From an uncultured Tardiphaga sp. (GTDB lineage: Bacteria > Pseudomonadota > Alphaproteobacteria > Rhizobiales > Xanthobacteraceae): a DNA stretch of 64,000 nucleotides. The DNA lies in assembly GCA_964244735.1 (NCBI GenBank), contig CAXTJT010000006.1:149041-213040 (forward strand), in the 5' to 3' direction. The notes below the pieces were generated by a model that saw only the letters and a list, made by a program, of their open reading frames with translations, ran no database searches and was not told the DNA's origin. The position numbers were made by a program, and so were the translations under genes. This document shows positions 56,313 through 64,000 of this stretch, piece by piece (within the stretch, counting starts at the first letter, position 1; each line of letters starts with the position of its first letter).

Positions 56313-58019
56313 ATGACCCACCCCGGCGAACAGCATTATCCCGACGGCGTCGCGTGGAAGGCCGCCATGCCGCGCATGACGCTGCCCGCGATGCTCGACG
56401 CCTCCGCGGTCGCATTCAAGGACCGCATCGCGCTCGAATTCCGTGACCGCGCCTATTCGTTCCCCGATCTGAAGGCGAAAGCCGACATCGCCGCGAGCGC
56501 CTTCCTTCGCGCCGGTCTCGGCCGCGACGTCTCGATCGCGCTGTTTCTCGGCAACACGCCGGACCATCCCGTCTCGTTCTTCGGCGCGCTGCGCGCCGGC
56601 GCGCGCGTCGTGCATCTTTCCGCGCTCGACGGCGAAATCGCGCTGGCGCACAAACTCGCCGACTCCGGCGCGCGCAGCCTCGTCACGTCGAACCTCGCGA
56701 CGCTGCTGCCGATGGCGCTGAAGTTTCTCGACAAGGGCCTGCTCGACCGCCTGATCGTCTGCACCGATGCCGACTGGGGCGACACCGGCAATGCGACGCT
56801 GCCCTTACCCGCCGATCCGCGCATCGTGTCGTGGCAAGACTTCGCAAAACAAGACTTCGCCGCCGGCGCCACGCCGCCCGCCGCATGGCCCGCCATCGCC
56901 GTCGATGACGTCGCCGTGCTGCAATATACCGGCGGCACGACGGGATTGCCGAAAGGCGCGATGCTGAGCCACGGCAATCTGATGGCCGCAGCGCACCAGT
57001 TCAATCTGTGGGGCCAGCCCGCACGCCTCGCGCGCGGAGACAAGGGCGAGCGCGTCATCTGCGTGCTGCCGCTGTTTCACATCTACGCGCTGCTGGTCGT
57101 ACTGCTGCGCGCCATCGAGATCGGCGACACCGTGTCGCTGCATCAGCGCTTCGACGTCGAGGCCGTGATGCGCGACATCGAGGTCAAGCGCGCCACCGTG
57201 TTTCCGGGCGTGCCGACGATGTGGATCGCCATCGCCAACCTGCCCGACATCGACAGCCGCGACCTGTCGTCGCTGATCGTCGCGGGCTCGGGCGGCGCGC
57301 CGTTGCCGGTCGAGATCGCCTCCGTGTTCGAGCGCAAGACCAGCCTCAAGCTCAAGAGCGGCTGGGGCATGACCGAGACTTGCGGCGCTGGCACCGCGCA
57401 TTCGACGAACGGCCCGGACAAGATCGGCTCCATCGGCGTCGCGATGCCGGGCATCGAGATGGATATCGTTTCGGCGGAGGATTCGTCGAAGGTGCTCGGC
57501 GACAACGAGACCGGCGAAATCCGCATCAAGGGGCCGAACGTCACGCGCGGCTACTGGAACCGGCCGCAGGATTCGGCGACGGCCTTCGTCGGCGACTGGT
57601 TCCTCACCGGCGACATCGGCTATCGCGACGCCGACGGCTACTATTTCATCGTCGACCGCAAGAAGGACATGATCATCTCCGGCGGCTTCAATGTCTATCC
57701 GCAGATGATCGAACAGGCGATCTACACCCATCCCGCCGTGCAGGAGGTGATCGTCATCGGCATTCCCGATCCCTATCGCGGCGAGGCCGCCAAAGCCTTC
57801 GTGACCTTGAAAAAGGACGCTTCGCCCTTCACGGTCGAGTCCTTGCGTGACTTCCTCGCCGGCAAGCTCGGCAAGCACGAATTGCCCGCCGCCGTCGCAT
57901 TCGTCTCCGAACTGCCGCGCACGCCGGTCGGGAAACTCTCCCGCCACGAATTGCGTGCTCAGCAACCATCCGTGTCTCCATCCACCGACCAGAAAAAAGC
58001 AACAGGAGGTCGTTCATGA
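56313..58019 (+). CDS. Acyl-CoA ligase, AMP-binding family (PimA/FadD-like)
   Basis: YTGGTTGLPKGAMLSH, GWGMTE, TGDIGYRDADGYYFIVDRKKDMI and PRTPVGKL. Confidence 0.9.
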   Translation: MTHPGEQHYPDGVAWKAAMPRMTLPAMLDASAVAFKDRIALEFRDRAYSFPDLKAKADIAASAFLRAGLGRDVSIALFLGNTPDHPVSFFGALRAGARVVHLSALDGEIALAHKLADSGARSLVTSNLATLLPMALKFLDKGLLDRLIVCTDADWGDTGNATLPLPADPRIVSWQDFAKQDFAAGATPPAAWPAIAVDDVAVLQYTGGTTGLPKGAMLSHGNLMAAAHQFNLWGQPARLARGDKGERVICVLPLFHIYALLVVLLRAIEIGDTVSLHQRFDVEAVMRDIEVKRATVFPGVPTMWIAIANLPDIDSRDLSSLIVAGSGGAPLPVEIASVFERKTSLKLKSGWGMTETCGAGTAHSTNGPDKIGSIGVAMPGIEMDIVSAEDSSKVLGDNETGEIRIKGPNVTRGYWNRPQDSATAFVGDWFLTGDIGYRDADGYYFIVDRKKDMIISGGFNVYPQMIEQAIYTHPAVQEVIVIGIPDPYRGEAAKAFVTLKKDASPFTVESLRDFLAGKLGKHELPAAVAFVSELPRTPVGKLSRHELRAQQPSVSPSTDQKKATGGRS

Positions 58020-59203
58020 CCGAAGCCGTTATCGTCTCCACCGCACGCACGCCCATCGGAAAAGCCTATCGCGGCGCGCTCAACGCCACCGAAGGCGCGA
58101 CGCTGCTCGGCCATGCGATCGAACACGCCGTCAAGCGCGCCGGCATCGACCCGAAGGAGGTCGAGGACGTGGTGATGGGCGCGGCCCTTCAGCAGGGCGC
58201 GACCGGCGGCAACATCGCCCGCAAGGCGCTGCTCCGCGCCGGCATTCCGGTGACGACCGGCGGCACCACCATCGACCGTCAATGCGCCTCGGGCCTGCAG
58301 GCGATCGCGCTCGCCGCGCGCTCGGTGATCTTCGACGGCGTCGAGATTGCGGTCGGCGGCGGCGGCGAGTCGATCAGCCTCGTGCAGAACGACCACGCCA
58401 ACAAATTCCATCTGGTCGATCCCGAACTGGTCGCGATCAAGAAGGACGTCTACATGCCGATGCTCGACACCGCCGAGACGGTGGCGAAGCGTTACGGCAT
58501 CTCGCGCGAGCGCCAGGACGAATATTCGCTGGAGAGCCAGCGCCGCACGGCGGCCGCGCAGCAGGGCGGCAAGTTCAACGACGAACTCGCGGCGATCACG
58601 ACCAGGATGGGCGTCGCCGACAAGGCCACCGGCGAAGTCACCATGAAGGACATCACGCTGTCGAAGGATGAAGGCCCGCGCCCCGAAACCACTGCCGAGG
58701 GCCTCGCCGGCCTCAAGGCCGTGCGCGGCGACGGCTTCACCATCACCGCCGGCAACGCCTCGCAACTGTCGGACGGCGCGTCCGCCACGGTCATCATGAG
58801 CGACAAGCTGGCCTCGCAGAAGGGCCTCAAGCCGCTCGGAATCTTCCGCGGTTTCGTCTCCGCCGGCTGCGAGCCGGACGAGATGGGCATCGGTCCCGTC
58901 TTCGCGGTGCCGCGTTTGCTGAAGCGTCACGGCCTCACTATCGATGACATCGATCTGTGGGAATTGAACGAGGCCTTCGCCGTGCAGGTTCTGTATTGCC
59001 GCGACAAGCTGGGCATCGATCCGGAGAAGCTCAACGTCAATGGCGGCGCGATCTCGGTGGGCCACCCCTACGGCATGTCGGGCGCACGCCTCGCCGGCCA
59101 CGCGCTGATCGAGGGCCGCCGCCGCAAGGCGAAATACGCGGTCGTCACGATGTGCGTCGGCGGCGGCATGGGCTCGGCGGGATTGCTCGAGATTGTGCAT
59201 TGA
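58016..59203 (+). CDS. Acetyl-CoA C-acyltransferase (thiolase, PimB/FadA-like)
   Basis: QCASGLQAI, NEAFAVQ, GHPYGMSGARL and CVGGGMG. ATGA overlap with the ligase gene. Confidence 0.92.
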   Translation: MTEAVIVSTARTPIGKAYRGALNATEGATLLGHAIEHAVKRAGIDPKEVEDVVMGAALQQGATGGNIARKALLRAGIPVTTGGTTIDRQCASGLQAIALAARSVIFDGVEIAVGGGGESISLVQNDHANKFHLVDPELVAIKKDVYMPMLDTAETVAKRYGISRERQDEYSLESQRRTAAAQQGGKFNDELAAITTRMGVADKATGEVTMKDITLSKDEGPRPETTAEGLAGLKAVRGDGFTITAGNASQLSDGASATVIMSDKLASQKGLKPLGIFRGFVSAGCEPDEMGIGPVFAVPRLLKRHGLTIDDIDLWELNEAFAVQVLYCRDKLGIDPEKLNVNGGAISVGHPYGMSGARLAGHALIEGRRRKAKYAVVTMCVGGGMGSAGLLEIVH

Positions 59204-59211
59204 GAAGCAAC

Positions 59212-59326
59212 GTCATTCCGGGGCGCACGCGCATCTTCGCGCGGGCGAACCCGGAATCTCATCAAGTTCACCTCGACCAGATTCCGGGTTCTCGTCCGCC
59301 AAGAGGCGGCCTCGCCCCGGAATGAC
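59212..59326. repeat. Family B element, copy 3
   Basis: gtcattccggggcg...aacccggaatct...agattccgggtt...ccccggaatgac. Confidence 0.9.
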
Positions 59327-59356
59327 GGACCAGACATCTCACACAGGAGTCCTCCC

Positions 59357-60547
59357 ATGGATCTCAGCCTCACCAAGGACGAACAGGCGTTTCGCGAAGA
59401 CGTCCGCGCCTTCTTCAAGGACAACGTGCCGCCGGCCATCAAGCAGAAGATGAAGGAAGGCCGCCACACCTCGAAACAGGATCTCGTCGACTGGACCCGC
59501 ATCCTGCACAAGAAGGGCTGGGCCGTTTCGCATTGGCCGGTCGAATATGGCGGCACCGGCTGGTCGCCCGTGCAGCAATATATCTTCAACGAAGAATTGC
59601 AGATGGCCCCCGCGCCCGCGCCGCTCGCCTTCGGCGTCAACATGGTCGGGCCGGTGCTCTATACGTTTGCGAGCGAGGAACAGAAGAAGAAGTATCTGCC
59701 GCGCATCGCCAATCTCGACGACTGGTGGTGTCAGGGCTTCTCCGAGCCAGGCTCCGGCTCCGACCTCGCCTCGCTCAAGACCAAGGCCGAGCGCAAGGGC
59801 GACACGTGGATCGTCAACGGCCAGAAGACCTGGACCACGCTGGCGCAATATGCCGACTGGATCTTCTGCCTGTGCCGCACCGATCCGTCGGCCAAGAAAC
59901 AGTCGGGCATCTCCTTCATCCTGATCGACATGAAGACCAAGGGCATCACCGTTCGCCCGATCCAGACCATCGACGGCGGCGTCGAGGTCAACGAGGTGTT
60001 CTTCGACGACGTCGAGGTGCCGCTCGAAAATCTCGTCGGCGAAGAGAACAAGGGCTGGGATTACGCCAAATTCCTGCTCGGCAACGAGCGCACCAACATC
60101 GCGCGCGTCGGCGCCTCGAAGGAGCGCATCCGCCGCATCCGCGAACTGGCGGCGAGCGTCGAGGCCGGCGGCAAGCCGGTGCTCGACGATCCGCGCTTCC
60201 GTGAAAAGCTCGCGGCGGTCGAGATCGAGTTGAAGGCGCTCGAACTAACGCAGATGCGCGTCGTCGCCGACGAGGACAAGCACGGCAAGGGCAAGCCCAA
60301 TCCGGCGTCGTCCGTACTCAAGATCAAGGGCTCGGAAATCCAGCAGGCCACGACCGAATTGTTGATGGATGTGATCGGCCCGTTCGCCGCGCCCTATGAC
60401 GAACACGCCGACGACGACAGCAACGAGACGATGGACTGGACCGCGCAGATCGCGCCCGGCTATTTCAACTACCGCAAGGTCTCGATCTACGGCGGCAGCA
60501 ACGAGATCCAGCGCAACATCATCACCAAGGCGGTGCTGGGGTTGTGA
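59357..60547 (+). CDS. Acyl-CoA dehydrogenase (PimC-like)
   Basis: WWCQGFSEPGSGSDLASL...GQKTWTT...IYGGSNEIQRNII. Confidence 0.9.
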   Translation: MDLSLTKDEQAFREDVRAFFKDNVPPAIKQKMKEGRHTSKQDLVDWTRILHKKGWAVSHWPVEYGGTGWSPVQQYIFNEELQMAPAPAPLAFGVNMVGPVLYTFASEEQKKKYLPRIANLDDWWCQGFSEPGSGSDLASLKTKAERKGDTWIVNGQKTWTTLAQYADWIFCLCRTDPSAKKQSGISFILIDMKTKGITVRPIQTIDGGVEVNEVFFDDVEVPLENLVGEENKGWDYAKFLLGNERTNIARVGASKERIRRIRELAASVEAGGKPVLDDPRFREKLAAVEIELKALELTQMRVVADEDKHGKGKPNPASSVLKIKGSEIQQATTELLMDVIGPFAAPYDEHADDDSNETMDWTAQIAPGYFNYRKVSIYGGSNEIQRNIITKAVLGL

Positions 60548-60566
60548 TTTAACGACGCAGGCAAGT

Positions 60567-60631
60567 GTCGTCCCCGACTAGCGCGCAACTTGCGCGCGAC
60601 GAGCGGGGACCCCGTATTCCGCGGGGATGAC
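60567..60631. repeat. Small palindromic repeat unit (gtcgtccccg...cggggatgac) with central gcgcgcaa-c-ttgcgcgc hairpin
   Basis: Read directly. Occupies the spacer between the two acyl-CoA dehydrogenase genes. Confidence 0.6.
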
Positions 60632-60688
60632 GGCTGGGGATTTGGCAAGAGCGCTAGGCTCGCTTCGATTCAAGAAAGAAACACCACA

Positions 60689-61831
60689 ATGGACTTCGAT
60701 CTCTCCGACGAACAGCGGCTGCTGAAAGAAAGCGTGGACGGGCTGCTCGCCGGCTCCTACGATTTCGACCAGCGCAAAAAATACGCCAAGGAAAACGGCG
60801 GCTGGAGCAAATCGGTCTGGGGCAAGCTCGCCGAGCAGGGCCTGCTCGGCCTGCCGTTCTCCGAGGACGACGGCGGCTTCGGCGCCGGCGCCGTCGAGAC
60901 CATGATCGTGATGGAATCGCTCGGCCGCGCGCTGATGCTGGAGCCCTATCTGCCGACCGTGATCCTCGGCGGCGGCTTCCTGCGGCATGGCGGCTCCGCC
61001 GAGCAGAAGGCCGCGCATCTGCCCGGCATCATCGACGGCAGCAAGACATTTGCCTTCGCGCAACTGGAAAAAAGCTCGCGCTACGATCTCGCCGACGTCT
61101 CGACGTCAGCCAGGAAAAAGGGCGACGGCTGGGTCATCGACGGCGAGAAGTTCGTCGTGCTGAACGGCGGCAGCGCGGACACGCTGATCGTCACCGCACG
61201 CACCAAAGGCGGCCAGCGCGACACGTCCGGCATCGGCGTGTTTCTGGTGCCGGGCGACGCCAGGGGCGTGTCGAAGAAAAGCTATCCGACGCAGGACGGC
61301 CTGCACGCCGCCGACATCACCTTCACCGGCGTCGAAGTCGGCGCGGATGCCGTGATCGGCGATCCGGACAACGGTCTGCCGCTGATCGAGCGCGTCGTCG
61401 ACGACGCCCGCATCGCGCTGTGCGCCGAGGCGGTCGGGGCGATGGACGAGTCGCTGAAGTCCACCGTCGAATATCTCAAGACGCGCAAACAGTTCGGCGT
61501 GCCGATCGGCAGCTTCCAGGTGTTGCAGCACCGCGCCGCCGATATGTTCGTGATGCTCGAACAGGCGCGCAGCATGGCGATGTTCGCCACCATGGCCGGC
61601 GATTTCGAGGATGCGACGGAGCGGGCGACGGCGGTGGCCGCGGCCAAGGTGCAGATCGGCAAGTCGCTGAAATTCGTCGGCGAGCAGGCGATCCAGTTGC
61701 ATGGCGGCATCGGCATGACGATGGAGACGAAGATCGGCCACTTCTTCAAGCGGCTGACGATGATCGAGAGCACCTTCGGCGATACCGCGTTTCACCTGCG
61801 CCGCGTCAGCGAAGGCGAGGGGCTGGTGTAG
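60689..61831 (+). CDS. Acyl-CoA dehydrogenase (PimD-like)
   Basis: MDFDLSDEQRLLKESV...KQFGVPIGSFQVLQHRAADM...IQLHGGIGMT. ATG 60689 chosen; the upstream track extension is encoded by the repeat. Confidence 0.9.
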   Translation: MDFDLSDEQRLLKESVDGLLAGSYDFDQRKKYAKENGGWSKSVWGKLAEQGLLGLPFSEDDGGFGAGAVETMIVMESLGRALMLEPYLPTVILGGGFLRHGGSAEQKAAHLPGIIDGSKTFAFAQLEKSSRYDLADVSTSARKKGDGWVIDGEKFVVLNGGSADTLIVTARTKGGQRDTSGIGVFLVPGDARGVSKKSYPTQDGLHAADITFTGVEVGADAVIGDPDNGLPLIERVVDDARIALCAEAVGAMDESLKSTVEYLKTRKQFGVPIGSFQVLQHRAADMFVMLEQARSMAMFATMAGDFEDATERATAVAAAKVQIGKSLKFVGEQAIQLHGGIGMTMETKIGHFFKRLTMIESTFGDTAFHLRRVSEGEGLV

Positions 61832-61871
61832 GAGAGGTATCAGGCGGGCGAGCGTCTGTTCGCTCCAACAC

Positions 61872-61985
61872 GTCATTCCGGGGCGCAGGCGTCGCTTGCG
61901 ACGACTGCGCCCCGGAATCTGGTTAACATGAACATGATGAGATTCCGGGTTCGACGCGCGAAGACGCGCGCCGCCCCGGAATGAC
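61872..61985. repeat. Family B element, copy 4
   Basis: Same termini and the same inner aatct...agattccgggtt core. Confidence 0.9.
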
Positions 61986-62000
61986 GTTACGGAGCCTCCC

Positions 62001-63491
62001 ATGCCCATCCTCGCCATCGATCAGGGCACCACCTCGTCGCGCGCGATCGTGTTCCGCGACGACATCTCCATCGCCGCCACGGCGCAGCAGGAATTCCCGC
62101 AGCATTTTCCGGCGTCCGGCTGGGTCGAGCACGAGCCCGAGGACATCTGGACGTCGACGCTGAAAACCTGCCGGGACGCGATGGCGAAGGCAAACATCAC
62201 CGCCAAAGATGTTGCCGCGATCGGCATCACCAACCAGCGCGAGACCACCGTGGTGTGGGACCGCGCCACCGGTCGCGCCATCCACCGCGCCATCGTCTGG
62301 CAGGATCGCCGCACGGCGGAGTTCTGCGCGCAACTGAAAAACGACGGCCACGAGCCGCTTGTCACGCAGCGGACCGGCCTCATCATCGATCCGTATTTCT
62401 CCGGCACCAAGATCGCCTGGCTGCTCGACCATGTGCCCGGCGCGCGGGCGCGCGCCGAACGCGGCGAACTCGCCTTCGGCACGATCGATTGTTACCTGCT
62501 GTGGCGGCTGACCGGCGGCCGCGTCCACGCCACCGACGCGACGAATGCGTCGCGCACGCTGCTGTTCAACATCCACGCCAACGACTGGGACGACGACCTG
62601 CTGAAGCTGTTGCGCGTGCCGCGCGCGATGCTTCCCGACGTCCAGGATTCGGCGTCCCATTTCGGCGACAGCGAGCCGCATCTGTTCGGCGGCAGCATCA
62701 GTATTCGCGGCATCGCCGGCGACCAGCAGGCCGCGACCATCGGGCAGGCCTGCTTCACGCCGGGCATGATGAAATCGACCTACGGCACCGGCTGCTTCGC
62801 GCTGCTCAACACCGGCACCACGCCGGTCGCCTCGAAGAACAAGCTGCTGACCACCATCGCCTACCGCCTCGACGGCGTGACCACCTATGCGCTCGAAGGC
62901 TCGATCTTCGTCGCGGGCTCCGCCGTGCAATGGCTGCGCGACGGCCTCGGCCTCATCAAGCACGCGTCGGAAACCGGCCCGCTCGCCGATCAATCGGATT
63001 TCGCGCAAAGCGTCTATCTGGTGCCGGCCTTTGTCGGCATGGGCGCGCCCTACTGGAATCCGGATGTGCGCGGCGCTCTCTTTGGCCTCACGCGCAACAC
63101 CGGCCCGGCGGAGATCGCGCATGCGACGCTGGAGAGCGTCTGCTACCAGACGCACGATCTGTGGGCGGCGATGCGCGCCGACTGGCCGGACGCGGACACG
63201 GCGAACGTGGTGCTGCGCGTCGACGGCGGCATGGCGGCGTCGGACTGGACCATGCAGCGCCTCGCCGATCTCCTGGACGCGCCGGTCGATCGTCCGGTCA
63301 TTCAGGAAACCACGGCGCTCGGCGCGGCCTATCTCGCCGGGCTCTCGGCCGGGCTCTATCCGGAGCCCGCGCGCTTCGCCGACAACTGGCGGCTGGACCA
63401 CCGCTTCAAGCCGGCGATGTCCGCCGCGACGCGGGAGCGGAAGTTGTCGGGCTGGGCGCGCGCGGTGAAGGGCGTGCTGGCGAGCGGTTGA
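62001..63491 (+). CDS. glpK: Glycerol kinase
   Basis: [18 protein letters not shown]...[13 protein letters not shown]...[15 protein letters not shown]...[10 protein letters not shown]. Confidence 0.95.
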   Translation: MPILAIDQGTTSSRAIVFRDDISIAATAQQEFPQHFPASGWVEHEPEDIWTSTLKTCRDAMAKANITAKDVAAIGITNQRETTVVWDRATGRAIHRAIVWQDRRTAEFCAQLKNDGHEPLVTQRTGLIIDPYFSGTKIAWLLDHVPGARARAERGELAFGTIDCYLLWRLTGGRVHATDATNASRTLLFNIHANDWDDDLLKLLRVPRAMLPDVQDSASHFGDSEPHLFGGSISIRGIAGDQQAATIGQACFTPGMMKSTYGTGCFALLNTGTTPVASKNKLLTTIAYRLDGVTTYALEGSIFVAGSAVQWLRDGLGLIKHASETGPLADQSDFAQSVYLVPAFVGMGAPYWNPDVRGALFGLTRNTGPAEIAHATLESVCYQTHDLWAAMRADWPDADTANVVLRVDGGMAASDWTMQRLADLLDAPVDRPVIQETTALGAAYLAGLSAGLYPEPARFADNWRLDHRFKPAMSAATRERKLSGWARAVKGVLASG

Positions 63492-63493
63492 TC

Positions 63494-63673
63494 CGTCATT
63501 CCGGGATGATGTCACGACCGGCGAAGCCGGTTGTGACATCAGGCCCGGAATCCATAGCCCCTGTCGTCGTTTGAAAAGTCAGGCATCAAGGTCCGGTTCT
63601 CCAGATCAGCACCGGGAGTATGGATTCCGGGCTCGGCGTCATTGCGGCGGCAATGACGCCGCCCCGGAATGAC
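63494..63673. repeat. Composite family B-like element, copy 5 (180 bp)
   Basis: Starts gtcattccggg and ends ccccggaatgac. Extra internal hairpins: gtcacgaccggcgaagccggttgtgac and attgcggcggcaat. Confidence 0.75.
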
Positions 63674-63685
63674 GACTTATGCCTC

Positions 63686-63715
63686 TTGACAATATTCCTA
63701 ATATGACTATAGTCA
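63686..63715 (+). promoter_or_regulatory. Strong sigma-70-like promoter with a 12-bp perfect palindrome over the -10
   Basis: TTGACA (63686-63691), a 16-nt spacer, then TATAGT (63708-63713). The palindrome TGACTATAGTCA spans 63704-63715. Confidence 0.55.
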
Positions 63716-64000
63716 CATGCATCCCGCCTCACCGAGAGGGGCGAGCGCGATCGTCACGATTGCGAGGCGGGGTGCGGTGGCGACGCCGCGGCGTTCGATG
63801 TGTCGGGTTCATGCGGGAGCAATCTCGCATGACGAAGCCGCTGACGACGACGCCGGGGCGATGCCGGCCCAAACCGCGAGGTCCCGGCGCAATCGCCTTT
63901 GCGCCCGGAGGCAGGGCCGCGATCTCCTATGGAGACCGCGGTTCGTCAGTCCTCCATATCGGCGGCCCTTACGCATGGGTCGGCCAGCCGGGGGCCCCGT

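Noticed and set aside
63686-63715. Idea that the TGACTATAGTCA palindrome is an NrdR box, Zur/Fur box or FixK box.
   Set aside because: The palindrome is shorter than the 16-bp NrdR box and lacks a correctly spaced second box. It does not fit Fur/Zur/Irr/FixK consensus sequences as I remember them, so the regulator is left unassigned.
63717-64000. Open reading frame from ATG 63717 running off the window end.
   Set aside because: The translation (MHPASPRGASAIVTIARRGAVATPRRSMCRVHAG...) is Arg/Ala-rich and not protein-like, and there is no RBS. Treated as non-coding leader or RNA instead.
1-64000. Whether the window is a genomic island, prophage or defence locus.
   Set aside because: There are no integrase, transposase, phage, toxin-antitoxin, restriction-modification or known defence genes, and no flanking tRNA. 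Gene content is core metabolism and transport with host-like codon usage, apart from orf107 and the DUF559 cassette.

Overview
High-GC alphaproteobacterial chromosomal DNA. The membrane-anchored cytochrome CycM, a pim-like beta-oxidation cluster and abundant 'gtcattccgggg' and 'gtcattgcgagc' palindromic repeats suggest a Bradyrhizobium/Rhodopseudomonas-type (Nitrobacteraceae) genome. The window is gene-dense and mostly core metabolism and transport.

Gene order, left to right:
- urtB-urtA (urea uptake, with a sigma-54 promoter)
- rhlE-infA-cspA, a cold-adaptation trio
- a complete Tad/Cpa Flp-pilus locus (tadE-like x2, flp, cpaA-F, tadB, tadC, tadD-like)
- M17 aminopeptidase, NlpC/P60 peptidase
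- a 7-gene translationally coupled yejA-yejA-yejB-yejE-orf107-yejF-nudix operon
- cycM, kdsB, pheA
- MarR plus a binding-protein-less branched-chain-type ABC transporter
- metF-(DUF559)-metH
- a luciferase-like oxidoreductase and a glycerate kinase
- a second ABC transporter with three tandem paralogous binding proteins
- IclR plus a pim-like operon (bifunctional hydratase/dehydrogenase, CoA ligase, thiolase, two acyl-CoA dehydrogenases)
- glpK

I recognised no rRNA, tRNA, CRISPR array, transposase, integrase or known defence system.

Most unusual observations:
1. A remodelled Tad machine: a 97-aa CpaB remnant, and a TadB with a ~125-aa periplasmic insertion that looks FlgD-Ig-like.
2. A 107-aa unknown ORF with atypical codon usage, wedged by GTGA overlaps between yejE and yejF.
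3. A DUF559 endonuclease-like gene bracketed by 39-bp inverted repeats between metF and metH. Gene-less versions of the same repeat pair occur elsewhere in the window.
4. A 121-bp element closed by a perfect 16-bp inverted repeat in the AT-richer region between metF and the divergent oxidoreductase gene.
5. Several REP/MITE-like repeat families filling intergenic spacers.

Nearly all long ORFs antisense to these genes are GC-bias artefacts. Coordinates of small motifs were indexed by hand and may be off by 1-2 nt.
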